DNA of 64,000 nucleotides from an uncultured Candidatus Saccharibacteria bacterium (lineage in GTDB: Bacteria > Patescibacteriota > Doudnabacteria > UBA920): NCBI GenBank assembly GCA_964512925.1, contig CAZEKH010000002.1, positions 57,831-121,830 on the forward strand, in the 5' to 3' direction. The position numbers and the translations under genes were made by a program. A model generated the notes under the pieces. The model saw nothing but the letters and a program-made list of their open reading frames with translations, was not told where the DNA came from and ran no database searches. Shown piece by piece: positions 29,486 to 38,599 of the stretch; position 1 is the stretch's first letter; each line of letters opens with the position of its first letter.

Positions 29486-29759
29486 GACCTTACTCCTTTC
29501 TGACCGGTATGTTTCTGTTGTTGCCGTTTGACCGAATTTGACCGTTTTGACCACCTCCTTTTCAGTTTTCAAAGATCTACTTCGGTTTCCAAGACACACG
29601 CCTTGGAATAGCTCATTATCGCATATTTGGCTTTGTTTGTCAATAACCAAGCCAAAACGCCGATTTTAGCTAACTTCTAAGCCCTATATTGCCGCCTAGG
29701 TAAGTTTTATACAAATTTCAGAGATTAAAGGATCTCCACTTTTACCTACTTTTTTATAT

Positions 29760-30092
29760 TCAATTTTGAAAAATATAAATCAAATTATTCCTGAAAATAA
29801 AAACAAGGACAATGAAAAATAAGGTCCCCAACAAGGAAATCTTTGAGTAATTATCGGCATGAGTTTTGCCGCCAATCAGAATATAGGTGAGCTCGTCAAC
29901 AAACAAGCCGAGACCTATAGCGAATACCAGCACGGAATGAATAAGTAAACCCACCACTATCCCGAGGAGTCCAAACATGTAATGGTGCGTTCTGAATTTT
30001 CCGATCGTCGGTGCTGGTATTGGGCGTAGAAAAAGAAATAAACGAGTAGCCAAAATAGTTATCAAAAAAGTAAAAAAGAAGTAGATATTCAT
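29760..30092 (-). CDS. Hypothetical membrane protein
   Basis: Hydrophobic 110-aa ORF with HHY..G and GLFVDE motifs. Confidence 0.7.
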   Translation of the reverse strand: MNIYFFFTFLITILATRLFLFLRPIPAPTIGKFRTHHYMFGLLGIVVGLLIHSVLVFAIGLGLFVDELTYILIGGKTHADNYSKISLLGTLFFIVLVFIFRNNLIYIFQN

Positions 30093-30469
30093 TTTATTTC
30101 TCGGTGCTGGTCGATGTCGCCGTAAAAATCTTTATAATTCACAATCAATTCTTCTCCCGACTGTATGTCTCTCATTGCTGTCGTTATATCATCCATCCTC
30201 TCGTCGCAATTTGGATTGTCGGAATGATTGAAAAAACGAGCATCATCAGAACATAGTAAATACTTACTGTGCTTTTTATCAAGATATGCGTAATTGTAAA
30301 ACTGTTCTTTTGCCGGTCCAGATAGCTTTTTGATCTCTTCTTCCGTCATTAGGAGATCAAACCCCGGCATAAACTTCCAGACAGCAGTTCCTTTTGGAAT
30401 AAATTGATCAGCAAATAGACCTATACCCTGAATCTTACTTGGTGCAATTTTTGTTTTTACGCATAGCAT
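30089..30469 (-). CDS. SET-domain protein (putative lysine methyltransferase)
   Basis: GIGLFA, ARFFNHSDNPN and RDIQSGEELIVNY motifs. Confidence 0.9.
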   Translation of the reverse strand: MLCVKTKIAPSKIQGIGLFADQFIPKGTAVWKFMPGFDLLMTEEEIKKLSGPAKEQFYNYAYLDKKHSKYLLCSDDARFFNHSDNPNCDERMDDITTAMRDIQSGEELIVNYKDFYGDIDQHREIK

Positions 30470-30478
30470 AAATTTCTT

Positions 30479-33463
30479 TTACGATCTTATATATTTCTCG
30501 TCTCTAATATCGAAAGCCGGCAATGTACCCTCAAGTACATCGGAAGCCTTTTTATTTATATCGCAATTCTCGATACTGCCGAATGTATATCTGATCTGAT
30601 TTTTCTGTTTATTCATCGAGGCGGCGATGATCTGTTCAGCATCACAGACGATAGCCAAGTTGGGATTGTGGGTAACAATGATAACCTGTCTTTTTAGTTT
30701 TGCTTTCCGGATATACGGCACCAAAAGTTCAAAAATCGACTCGTTGTCGAGATTTTCCTCCGGCTGATCCATAATTAAAGGTCCACGGTCTTTATCGATC
30801 AGCAAGTAGAAAATCAAGAGAAGGGCACCCTTTTCACCCGGAGAGAACTCGTTGCTGTTCAAGTCCTTGCCGTTGAATAAAACTTTATATTTAACATCGA
30901 GATAATCTAAACCAAAGACGTAATCGTAGAATGAGACATTGTCACCCTTCAGTTGAGAGCAGATCGTGTTCTGTTTTTCTGGGGTCTTTGTCTTGTCGCT
31001 CGTAAGGTGATCGATCAATTCCTGCCTGAACGCCTTGACTCCGATAGGATTTGAAAAATCAGCTTTCTCGATAACCTTGCCGAGTATCTTTTGCCCGTTA
31101 TCGGCATACTGAAAGCTTCCATCACGACCCTGATTTATGAACCCTAAGAATTTAGCTGGGAATGATGCCTTGTCGAATACAATGCCTGCATCGAACTCGA
31201 GCATGCTACCCGTTTTCTGTTGCGTTTCTTTTTCTGACTCGATGAATTTTTGGAGAGGCATATAAACCTCTTTGTAAAATTCGCTTTTTTGTTGAAGTCC
31301 GGAATATAGCTTGTCGGACAGACCATCTCTGCTTACCATCGCCGCCTTCAGATCGGCATGAATTTTTTTATCAAGGTATTTTATTTCAGCCTCAATTGAT
31401 TTGATGGTCTCAAAAGTTTGATCATCGGCCGTTCCTTCAATCTCTTTTTTGCGCTCATTGTATTCCTTGAGTTTGTCTTGATAGGTCGAATATTTTCTCT
31501 GATCCTCACCAAGAACATCGATCAGTTTTTTCTTTTGACCTTCCAGCTCCAATTTCTTAGCATACAAACTGGTAGACGAAGTTCCGTTCTGATCAAGAAG
31601 TACGGTCAGCTTATCTCTTTTTGTGGTGAGCTTACTTTCTGTCGATTCAAGGATTTTGCTATGGACTGTTACCGTAAATAATTTTGTAAGGTCGATCGAA
31701 AGAAGTTTTGCGTCATCCGCAAAATCTCTTGAAATACTATCTGCACTTTGGGAGAGACGTTCAACTGCCGCCTTTAATTTTCCGAGTTTCAGGATCTTAT
31801 CGTTTACCGATTTGAGCGTGGCTTTTGTAGTATCTATTCTTGTTGAGACGGTCCCGATCTCGGTGGTTATTTTTGCGAGTTTATCTTGATCGCTTTTCTT
31901 GGGCTGTTTTTTGGGAGCCTGCACAGCTTTCGGCTTGGCCAGACTATTTAGTTCCTGCTGTTTGGCTTTGAGTTTGTTGCTCAGTGTTTCAAGATACTTA
32001 GGCAGTAGTTTATTTTCTAATTTTACGATCTCCTCGTTGGACAGATGTAAATCATTCTTGATCTGAGTGAGATTGCCATCGATTGTCGAGGTCTTGATGC
32101 GGATAAGGTCTTCAAGTGTAGTCGCTCCAAGTCGGCTCTCATCGGGGATATAAGAAAAAATAACTTTGTCTACTTCTCTCTGAAACTGGGTACTGACACC
32201 ATCTTCGTTGCATATCGTCTCAACGTATTTCTGCGGTAGATATTTAACTTTCTCAACTTCGGCCGGATTAACTTCGGCATCAAGATTTTCGGTGACTGAC
32301 GTCTTATCCAGCCAAGTCAAAACCGCCTCGTAATTTTTGGCGAGTCCTTTCTTTCTGAATTTGTCCTTATTAAGAAAGGAGAAATCCTTCGGTGCTATTT
32401 TGGTTCTTCCACAAAGAGCGATGATGTCATTCAGAGCACTTTTGCCTTGACCCTTTCTGCCTATGATCGCTACCAGTCCGGGGTTTAAGGGTATATCATC
32501 GTTGAACCAACCGGAGACTTGTTTGCCATCTGTATTACGGACATTTATAGATTCGATGAATCTCGAACTATTTGATTCAACGTCCATCAATTTATCCGGT
32601 TTGTCACCAAAGAATGTTCGTTCTCTCGGTTCGTGAGTAATCTGCCGCAAACCCTCGAAAGTTTTGTCTGCTTTTATCCAAGTCGGATAAGTGTGCCTGC
32701 CTTCATTTAAAAACGTCTTGCCGACCTTATCATCAAAATCTTTGAAAGAGTGTGCGTCGCTCCCTGAAACACACGGTTTTTTCTTTTTTACCTCGCCGCG
32801 ATCATTAAGGAAAAATTCTCTGTCCTTATCGTCACAGCCAAAGTAAATATCCGCCACTCGTTTGTCAGTTTCTTCGGCGACTGCGTTTTTTCTTGAATTA
32901 TTTTTTTCCGGTTGGAGACCTCCATGACCATGAGCCATTAGTATTCTAAAATAGGGCTTCTTGTCTCCAAAGGTATCCTTAAGAGCCTCGTCGATGAGCG
33001 GAATTGTTGTAAAGGCAGTTTTGAAATCACTGTCGGTTTTAAGCTCGTTCGCCTTTTTCTTCTTGCCGTTTCCGTCCGTATTTTCCAACTTCAAATTGGA
33101 CAAGAAGCTCTGCAAATCTTTGTCGGGTAGTTCATTGTTAAAAATAAGATGCAGATCATAGCCCTCATTGTGACTATTGGACGAACGATCGACTCGCAAT
33201 TCTACATTTGGGAAAAACACCTTTTCGGATTTTGGATATTTGGCTTGAAATTTCTTTTTGAATTCCAGATAATTCTCGACTGAAAAATAATCGGTAATGC
33301 CGAAAACTTCCACGTCTGATCGCTCAACCTTGTCGCAGAATTCAGCCCAGACATCACCGCCGTTGGCCAGGGCGTATCCGTTGTTTAATTTGGTAAAAGG
33401 CACGTGGAGATGTAAATCCCACTTTCGCCATTCTGAACCTTTTGGATAAGCTAAATTGCCCAT
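30479..33463 (-). CDS. PHP-domain plus SMC/ABC-type ATPase (TrlF/Ppl-like defence protein)
   Basis: WRKWDLHLH, ITDY, GSDAH PHP motifs; GRKGQGKS Walker A; SPGEK, MDQPEENLD and VTHN motifs. Confidence 0.88.
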   Translation of the reverse strand: MGNLAYPKGSEWRKWDLHLHVPFTKLNNGYALANGGDVWAEFCDKVERSDVEVFGITDYFSVENYLEFKKKFQAKYPKSEKVFFPNVELRVDRSSNSHNEGYDLHLIFNNELPDKDLQSFLSNLKLENTDGNGKKKKANELKTDSDFKTAFTTIPLIDEALKDTFGDKKPYFRILMAHGHGGLQPEKNNSRKNAVAEETDKRVADIYFGCDDKDREFFLNDRGEVKKKKPCVSGSDAHSFKDFDDKVGKTFLNEGRHTYPTWIKADKTFEGLRQITHEPRERTFFGDKPDKLMDVESNSSRFIESINVRNTDGKQVSGWFNDDIPLNPGLVAIIGRKGQGKSALNDIIALCGRTKIAPKDFSFLNKDKFRKKGLAKNYEAVLTWLDKTSVTENLDAEVNPAEVEKVKYLPQKYVETICNEDGVSTQFQREVDKVIFSYIPDESRLGATTLEDLIRIKTSTIDGNLTQIKNDLHLSNEEIVKLENKLLPKYLETLSNKLKAKQQELNSLAKPKAVQAPKKQPKKSDQDKLAKITTEIGTVSTRIDTTKATLKSVNDKILKLGKLKAAVERLSQSADSISRDFADDAKLLSIDLTKLFTVTVHSKILESTESKLTTKRDKLTVLLDQNGTSSTSLYAKKLELEGQKKKLIDVLGEDQRKYSTYQDKLKEYNERKKEIEGTADDQTFETIKSIEAEIKYLDKKIHADLKAAMVSRDGLSDKLYSGLQQKSEFYKEVYMPLQKFIESEKETQQKTGSMLEFDAGIVFDKASFPAKFLGFINQGRDGSFQYADNGQKILGKVIEKADFSNPIGVKAFRQELIDHLTSDKTKTPEKQNTICSQLKGDNVSFYDYVFGLDYLDVKYKVLFNGKDLNSNEFSPGEKGALLLIFYLLIDKDRGPLIMDQPEENLDNESIFELLVPYIRKAKLKRQVIIVTHNPNLAIVCDAEQIIAASMNKQKNQIRYTFGSIENCDINKKASDVLEGTLPAFDIRDEKYIRS

Positions 33464-33580
33464 ATTTACCAGTAAACTAAACTAATGTTTATAAATGCAT
33501 TATATCCCTCTTGACTTCATTTTGTCAATAATATACACTGGAAATAAGGAAATATAGACATTCCAGCGAACAAAACCACT

Positions 33581-34150
33581 ATGGACAGCTTAATTGCAAA
33601 ATTATATCAGTCAAATAAGACAATCCTGACCACCAAGGATCTGGCTTTGATTTGGGAGGAAAACGACAAACTGAAGTTAAACGTTAAAGCCGGATATTAC
33701 GTTAGACAGGGTGCATTGATCCGCCTGACCAGAGGCGTTTTTGCTAAGGATAAAAACTTCAATTCAAAGGAACTGGCGACCAGTCTCTATACTCCCTCCT
33801 ACATCAGCTTTGAAACGGTCTTGAGAGAATCCGGTGTTATCTTCCAGCACTACGATACAACCTTCGTTGCCGCCCAGCACCCGAAAACGGTAACGATCGA
33901 TAAATACACCTTCATCTTCAGAAAGCTGAAGGATGCTGTGCTGTTCAATACCACGGGAATAATAAACAAGGATAACTACAGCATCGCCACTCCGGAGAGA
34001 GCCTTCTTGGACATGATTTATCTGTCGCCGAATTACTACTTCGACAATCTGAAAGGGATCAACTGGGAAAAGTGTGAGGAGATCGTGAAAATTTACGATA
34101 ACAAGCAATTAATCAAGAGGTTGAATAAGTATAAGAAAAATTCTCAATAA
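33581..34150 (+). CDS. AbiEi-like antitoxin/transcription regulator (type IV TA)
   Basis: RLTRGVF, PSYISFETVL and ATPERAFLD motifs. Confidence 0.85.
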   Translation: MDSLIAKLYQSNKTILTTKDLALIWEENDKLKLNVKAGYYVRQGALIRLTRGVFAKDKNFNSKELATSLYTPSYISFETVLRESGVIFQHYDTTFVAAQHPKTVTIDKYTFIFRKLKDAVLFNTTGIINKDNYSIATPERAFLDMIYLSPNYYFDNLKGINWEKCEEIVKIYDNKQLIKRLNKYKKNSQ

Positions 34151-34154
34151 AAAT

Positions 34155-34868
34155 ATGTTGAATAAAGAAAAGCATCAGTTAATAATGGGTCAGGTTTTGA
34201 AAGACATCTATACCGATGTCTCGATTAGTCCGCTCTTGGGTTTCAAAGGCGGCACCTGTGCTTACTTTTTCTATAACCTGCCGAGATTCTCGGTGGACTT
34301 GGATTTTGATTTGCTGGAAGTGACCGAGGAAAACCAAAAGATGGTTTTTGAAAAGATTGTCGCTATTTTAAGCAAGTACGGGACAATCAAGGATCAGTAC
34401 ATCAAGAGGTTTACAGTTTTTGCATTACTCTCCTACGGCGACGAGGATCACAATGTCAAAGTTGAGATCAATGTCCGCAAGCTGGCGGAAAATATAAAAG
34501 ACCTTTACGAGATGAAGGAATATCTGGGTATTTCAATGTTGGCGGCCAAGAAAGATTATTTGTTCGCTGGCAAATTGGCGGCTTTGACTTTGAGAACCGA
34601 AACAGCCATGAGAGACATTTTTGATATCCAGTATTTTGCCAAGAATCACTGGGATATCAATGCTGAAGTCATAAAGAATTTTACCGGGAAAACCGTCAAA
34701 GAATATCTGCCGGATTGCATCGCCTTTATCGAGAAAACCAAAGACAGCCAAATGTTGCAGGGGTTGGGAGAGCTGATTGATAGCGAGAAGCAGAAAGACT
34801 GGGTCCGAAATCACCTGAAAGCGGATGCTATCTTTATGCTGAAAAATTACCAATCTGTATTAAAATAA
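34155..34868 (+). CDS. AbiEii-like nucleotidyltransferase toxin
   Basis: FKGGT, RFSVDLDF, K..A and RDIFD motifs. Confidence 0.9.
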   Translation: MLNKEKHQLIMGQVLKDIYTDVSISPLLGFKGGTCAYFFYNLPRFSVDLDFDLLEVTEENQKMVFEKIVAILSKYGTIKDQYIKRFTVFALLSYGDEDHNVKVEINVRKLAENIKDLYEMKEYLGISMLAAKKDYLFAGKLAALTLRTETAMRDIFDIQYFAKNHWDINAEVIKNFTGKTVKEYLPDCIAFIEKTKDSQMLQGLGELIDSEKQKDWVRNHLKADAIFMLKNYQSVLK

Positions 34869-34875
34869 AAACATT

Positions 34876-35358
34876 ATGGACAAAGAAAAAGACAAACGAT
34901 ACCTAAAGAAGTTCGAGATCGTCGAAACCGAAGTCGAACTTCCGATCCAAGGCCAAGTCCGTGATCCGGAAGACCTGTATAAGTTCCTCAAAGATTTGGA
35001 AAGTGAAAGTGTTTCCAAGGTTATAGGAATTTACCTCGATGACAAAAACCTCTTCCTCGGACACCAAGTATTCCTCGGCATGTCACCGCAGATTTTTGAT
35101 ACGCAACTCCTATACCACTACTACGCCCTCTTTCTGGCCAAGAAGTTTATGATCCTGATAAACCACCCGAACTCTGATGATCCGACTCCGGATGATGCTG
35201 ACAAGAAGCTGATCCGGGCCCTGCAAGCCGATGCTCAAGTGCTCTCGTTTAAACCTTTCTTTGCTGATTTTATTATCGTGGCAGGACGGTCATATTTCAG
35301 TATGGCCACAAACGACGGCACTGCTGGTCATGTGCATCAAAAGCATATACCGGAGTAA
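34876..35358 (+). CDS. RadC-like JAB-domain protein (degenerate motif)
   Basis: INHPNSDDPTPDDAD (cf. HNHPSG...S..D) and DFIIV. Confidence 0.7.
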   Translation: MDKEKDKRYLKKFEIVETEVELPIQGQVRDPEDLYKFLKDLESESVSKVIGIYLDDKNLFLGHQVFLGMSPQIFDTQLLYHYYALFLAKKFMILINHPNSDDPTPDDADKKLIRALQADAQVLSFKPFFADFIIVAGRSYFSMATNDGTAGHVHQKHIPE

Positions 35359-35508
35359 GCTCTTTTTCCCCACTTTTCTGCTAAAATAGCTGAACAACTG
35401 AATAAAGGCCTAAACCCGGTCCCGGGCATGGTCGCAAAACCATCCAACTGTCCTCGCAAAGGATTTTTCCGTGCATGTTGCGGAAGATGGTTTTGCGAGG
35501 ATTTTGTT

Positions 35509-36558
35509 TTACTCATGAATCCAATACCAGCACTGGTTTTTAAGGTCTTGGCTCAGTTGGTAGGTGTGAGCATGAGAAAGCGCACCCAAGTACGACTGAA
35601 GCGACTGAAATAAAGAATGTTCGTCGATCTCGCCTCGACGAAATTGCATCACTCGGTATTTAAGTTTACGAAATATTCTATGTTTCGTTTTGCTTCTAAG
35701 TAACCGATAGTGTGGCAGAATCACGTATCCCAAAAAATCTACTCCTTGGCCAACGTCAAGAATTGAACATTTCGTGGGATGCAAAGATAGCTTCAATTTG
35801 TCCCCGATAAATTTCTGGAACGAAATGATGAGGCTATCCAGATATTCTTTGTCTGTCGATACAACTATAAAGTCGTCGGTGTAGCGCGCGTAATGTTTGA
35901 CTTTTAAGTCATGCTTAACGAATTGGTCGAATTCGTTCATGTAGACATTGGCAAACAATTGCGAAGTAAGATTGCCGATCGGAAGACCGTGACGATCAAA
36001 AAGTGTCGTTTGGCCGGCCGCAAAGCTTCTGACAATCTGCTCCAATAGCCACATGGTGTCCGGATCAGCAAGTCGTTTTCTGAGAATTGCCAAAAGAATT
36101 TCGTGATCGATCGAATCGAAAAACTTTCGCACATCGCATTTGAGAGCAAAACAAGGCCTTGTATAGTTTTGGCTCTCTTTCCGGATCATGCTCTCGGCCG
36201 CCAACACTCCCTTGTGCGTCCCTTTGCCAACCCGGCATGAAAATGAATTGGCAATAAAGGTCTTCTCAAAAATAGGATTCAGGATTCGGAAAACCGCATG
36301 GTGCAAGACTCGATCTCGCACCATAGCCTTGTGAATGTGGCGAACTTTCGGATCGCAAATGTAAAAACTTGCATACGGTCCATGGGAATAACGCTTGGTA
36401 ATCAAGTCGTGATGCAAAGGGAAAAGATTTTGCTCAAGCGAAAACTCGAAAGCCTGAACATCAGCCTTCTTGCCCTTATCGCTTCGGAACTGCTCCCATG
36501 CCTTAACAATATTTTCCAGCGATGTGATCTGATTGAATAAATCCTTATAAATCTTCAT
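35509..36558 (-). CDS. DGR-type reverse transcriptase
   Basis: RDRVLHHA, CDVRKFFDSIDH, GLPIGNLTSQ, RYTDD and FLGY motifs; next to Avd and TR; probable start MKIYKDLF at 36558. Confidence 0.95.
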   Translation of the reverse strand: MKIYKDLFNQITSLENIVKAWEQFRSDKGKKADVQAFEFSLEQNLFPLHHDLITKRYSHGPYASFYICDPKVRHIHKAMVRDRVLHHAVFRILNPIFEKTFIANSFSCRVGKGTHKGVLAAESMIRKESQNYTRPCFALKCDVRKFFDSIDHEILLAILRKRLADPDTMWLLEQIVRSFAAGQTTLFDRHGLPIGNLTSQLFANVYMNEFDQFVKHDLKVKHYARYTDDFIVVSTDKEYLDSLIISFQKFIGDKLKLSLHPTKCSILDVGQGVDFLGYVILPHYRLLRSKTKHRIFRKLKYRVMQFRRGEIDEHSLFQSLQSYLGALSHAHTYQLSQDLKNQCWYWIHE

Positions 36559-36562
36559 AACT

Positions 36563-36913
36563 ATGAATGACTTTGATATTCCCATCTTCAAGAAAGCGTA
36601 CGATCTGTTCAAACTCTTTCATGAATACAGAAGGGTTGTGCCAAAACAAGATCGGTTCACGATTTTTGAACGGTGCGAACAGCTAATTCTTGACGTAATT
36701 GAAAGCATCCTGCAAGCAAGCAGTGAGCAAAAGCAGGTAAAAGTTCCAACACTGGAACGATGCAGTCTAAAACTTAACATGCTCCGGGTCTTTATCCGAC
36801 TAATGAAAGACATTAGAGCGATCGACTCAAAAAAGTATGTAGCATTAGAAAGTGTCGTGGACGAAATCGGCCGAATGCTCGGTGGCTGGATTCGGTCAAC
36901 TAAATCCTGTTAA
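36563..36913 (+). CDS. avd: DGR accessory variability determinant (four-helix bundle)
   Basis: IPIFKKAYDL, PKQDRF and EIGRMLGGW motifs. Confidence 0.9.
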   Translation: MNDFDIPIFKKAYDLFKLFHEYRRVVPKQDRFTIFERCEQLILDVIESILQASSEQKQVKVPTLERCSLKLNMLRVFIRLMKDIRAIDSKKYVALESVVDEIGRMLGGWIRSTKSC

Positions 36914-36914
36914 T

Positions 36915-36947
36915 AGAAAGGGCATCCGTTTTTCGGATGCCCTTTCT
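36915..36947. terminator. Perfect 14-bp hairpin between avd and the TR 3' end
   Basis: AGAAAGGGCATCCG-TTTTT-CGGATGCCCTTTCT. Confidence 0.75.
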
Positions 36948-36959
36948 TGTTGTAGAGAG

Positions 36960-37090
36960 ACTTCGAGAGGAAGGCTGAAGCGGAACCGTAGTTCTCGTTG
37001 GCATCGTCGAACCACTTGGTGTCGAACTTGACCCCGTCGTCGTCGAAGTTGAAGATCGGGGCGTTCGAGAAATCGCCATCGGCATCCGGA
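36960..37090 (-). repeat. DGR template repeat (TR), 131 bp
   Basis: Reverse complement aligns ungapped to 38311..38441 with 9 mismatches, all at TR adenines. Confidence 0.95.
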
Positions 37091-37558
37091 ATATTGTCCC
37101 CATCCATCCGTGTCACCGAGCTTTGAGCTTTACTTCCCGTTGGAAACGGAACTATGAGCTCTTAGCTTTGAACTTAATTTGACAGTATTTACCTCACGGC
37201 AAAACCTGTACCAGACGAGGGCAAGCAGTATCCCATCAACACAACACGCTCATAGAAGCCGTAGCCTCCATGACTCTGGTTGCTATCGTTGAAACGATAG
37301 AGTTCGGCGACAGCAATCCTTGAATGGCTGTACATTAGCCTATACTCAAGCCTATTATACCCCAAAGAGATTGCCGCCTCAAACGCCTTGACAAAACGCA
37401 TTAAATTTGTTAAGGTGAAGCGTCTGAATAGTTCTTTGTTATTTGGCTTATTTATGAGGTAGCGCATTGGGCGTAATTGCGTTTTTGTGCCTATTGCGCT
37501 ACCTCACACAGAGGAAAGCCGTTTGCCAGAGCGACTCTGGTAAATTCAAATTAGGAGG

Positions 37559-38443
37559 TTGACGATGACGACACAATCGATCACGTCCATCACAGACGGT
37601 CAGAGAAAGCAGTACAAACGGTTCGTTGAGGACGCCGCAGACAAAGCGCTTGCGGAAGTCGGACTCGACAAGGACGGAATTCAGAAGCTCATCGAAAAGG
37701 GCGATGAATTCCAGTCACGGATCGTGGAGGCAGTCCGGGAACTTTCCGTGAACGATGAGTTTGCGGACGAGGAAGTTGAATCGAACTATGAATACCCGGG
37801 TGTCTACAAGGTCAGGGCTGTCGCTGAACAAGTGGCAACGTTGCGCGAGGTCTTTCCGGAACTCAAGGACGCCACATTCGACGAAAGCATCGCCGCGAGG
37901 CCGCTTCCCCCGAACGCCGAAGGATGGTTCGCCATCCCCAGGTGGGAAAAGCTTGCTTCTGTCTACGGCGAAGCCGTCGACAAGATGCTTGCGACCATGA
38001 GGTCCGAACGCCGCCGATTCCAAAACTATTGTGAGGATCGGACGGGCGAGGAATACCTGCGCCAGCATGCCAAGACGGTCAAAGCGTTCCAGAAGCTCAT
38101 CGACGAGCAGAAAGGACACGACATTCTGATCGTTCCGTGCCAGTTCGGTCTCCGTCACCGCGGACGCTCGGTTCGCCGGGCCCACGAAGTGATGAACGCC
38201 GCAGAGTTCGGTCTCGGCGCATTCGCTGTCGGGTGTATGCTACTGACACATCCCGAACGGCTCCAAGCCTACGAGAACCTGTTTGTCGACTGCGCCGGAG
38301 ACGAATACTCTCCGGCTGCCGATGGCGATTTCTCGCACGCCCCGCTCTTCCGCTTCGACGACGACGGGGTCGAGTTCGACACCCAGTGGTTCGACGATGC
38401 CAACGAGAGCTACGGTTCCGCTTCAGCCTTCCTCTCGCAGTAA
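37559..38443 (+). CDS. DGR target protein with C-terminal variable region (probable C-type-lectin-like fold)
   Basis: AGGAGG SD; last ~43 codons are the VR. Confidence 0.92.
   Translation: MTMTTQSITSITDGQRKQYKRFVEDAADKALAEVGLDKDGIQKLIEKGDEFQSRIVEAVRELSVNDEFADEEVESNYEYPGVYKVRAVAEQVATLREVFPELKDATFDESIAARPLPPNAEGWFAIPRWEKLASVYGEAVDKMLATMRSERRRFQNYCEDRTGEEYLRQHAKTVKAFQKLIDEQKGHDILIVPCQFGLRHRGRSVRRAHEVMNAAEFGLGAFAVGCMLLTHPERLQAYENLFVDCAGDEYSPAADGDFSHAPLFRFDDDGVEFDTQWFDDANESYGSASAFLSQ
38311..38441 (+). repeat. DGR variable repeat (VR)
   Basis: A-to-C/G differences from TR at alignment positions 6, 26, 35, 41, 42, 62, 74, 99 and 128. Confidence 0.95.
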
Positions 38444-38599
38444 TTGATCCTTGAGGTCTTGAATTCTTGAGTCTTTTGACTCCTTGAATTCCGCCGCAGG
38501 CGGTCGAAAAAAATTGGGGTTATCCACAGTACATCGTGGATAACCCCTTTCTCTTTTTACATATGTTCAAAACTTATTTATTTTGATAAAATAACATTA

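Noticed and set aside
35509-36612. RT as a retron or group II intron; longer start at 36612
   Set aside because: The SQ motif, Avd and a TR/VR pair indicate a DGR, and there is no maturase domain. The longer start would overlap avd.
36910-37116. 68-aa ORF (MTRMDGDNIPDADGDFSNAP...) resembling the target's C-terminus
   Set aside because: It is the TR read in frame. TRs are commonly open because they mirror the VR, and there is no independent sign of translation.
37189-37467. 92-aa ORF between TR and target
   Set aside because: No recognisable motif, and the start lies within a 12-bp inverted repeat (37455..37506). It may be regulatory or TR leader sequence; left unannotated.
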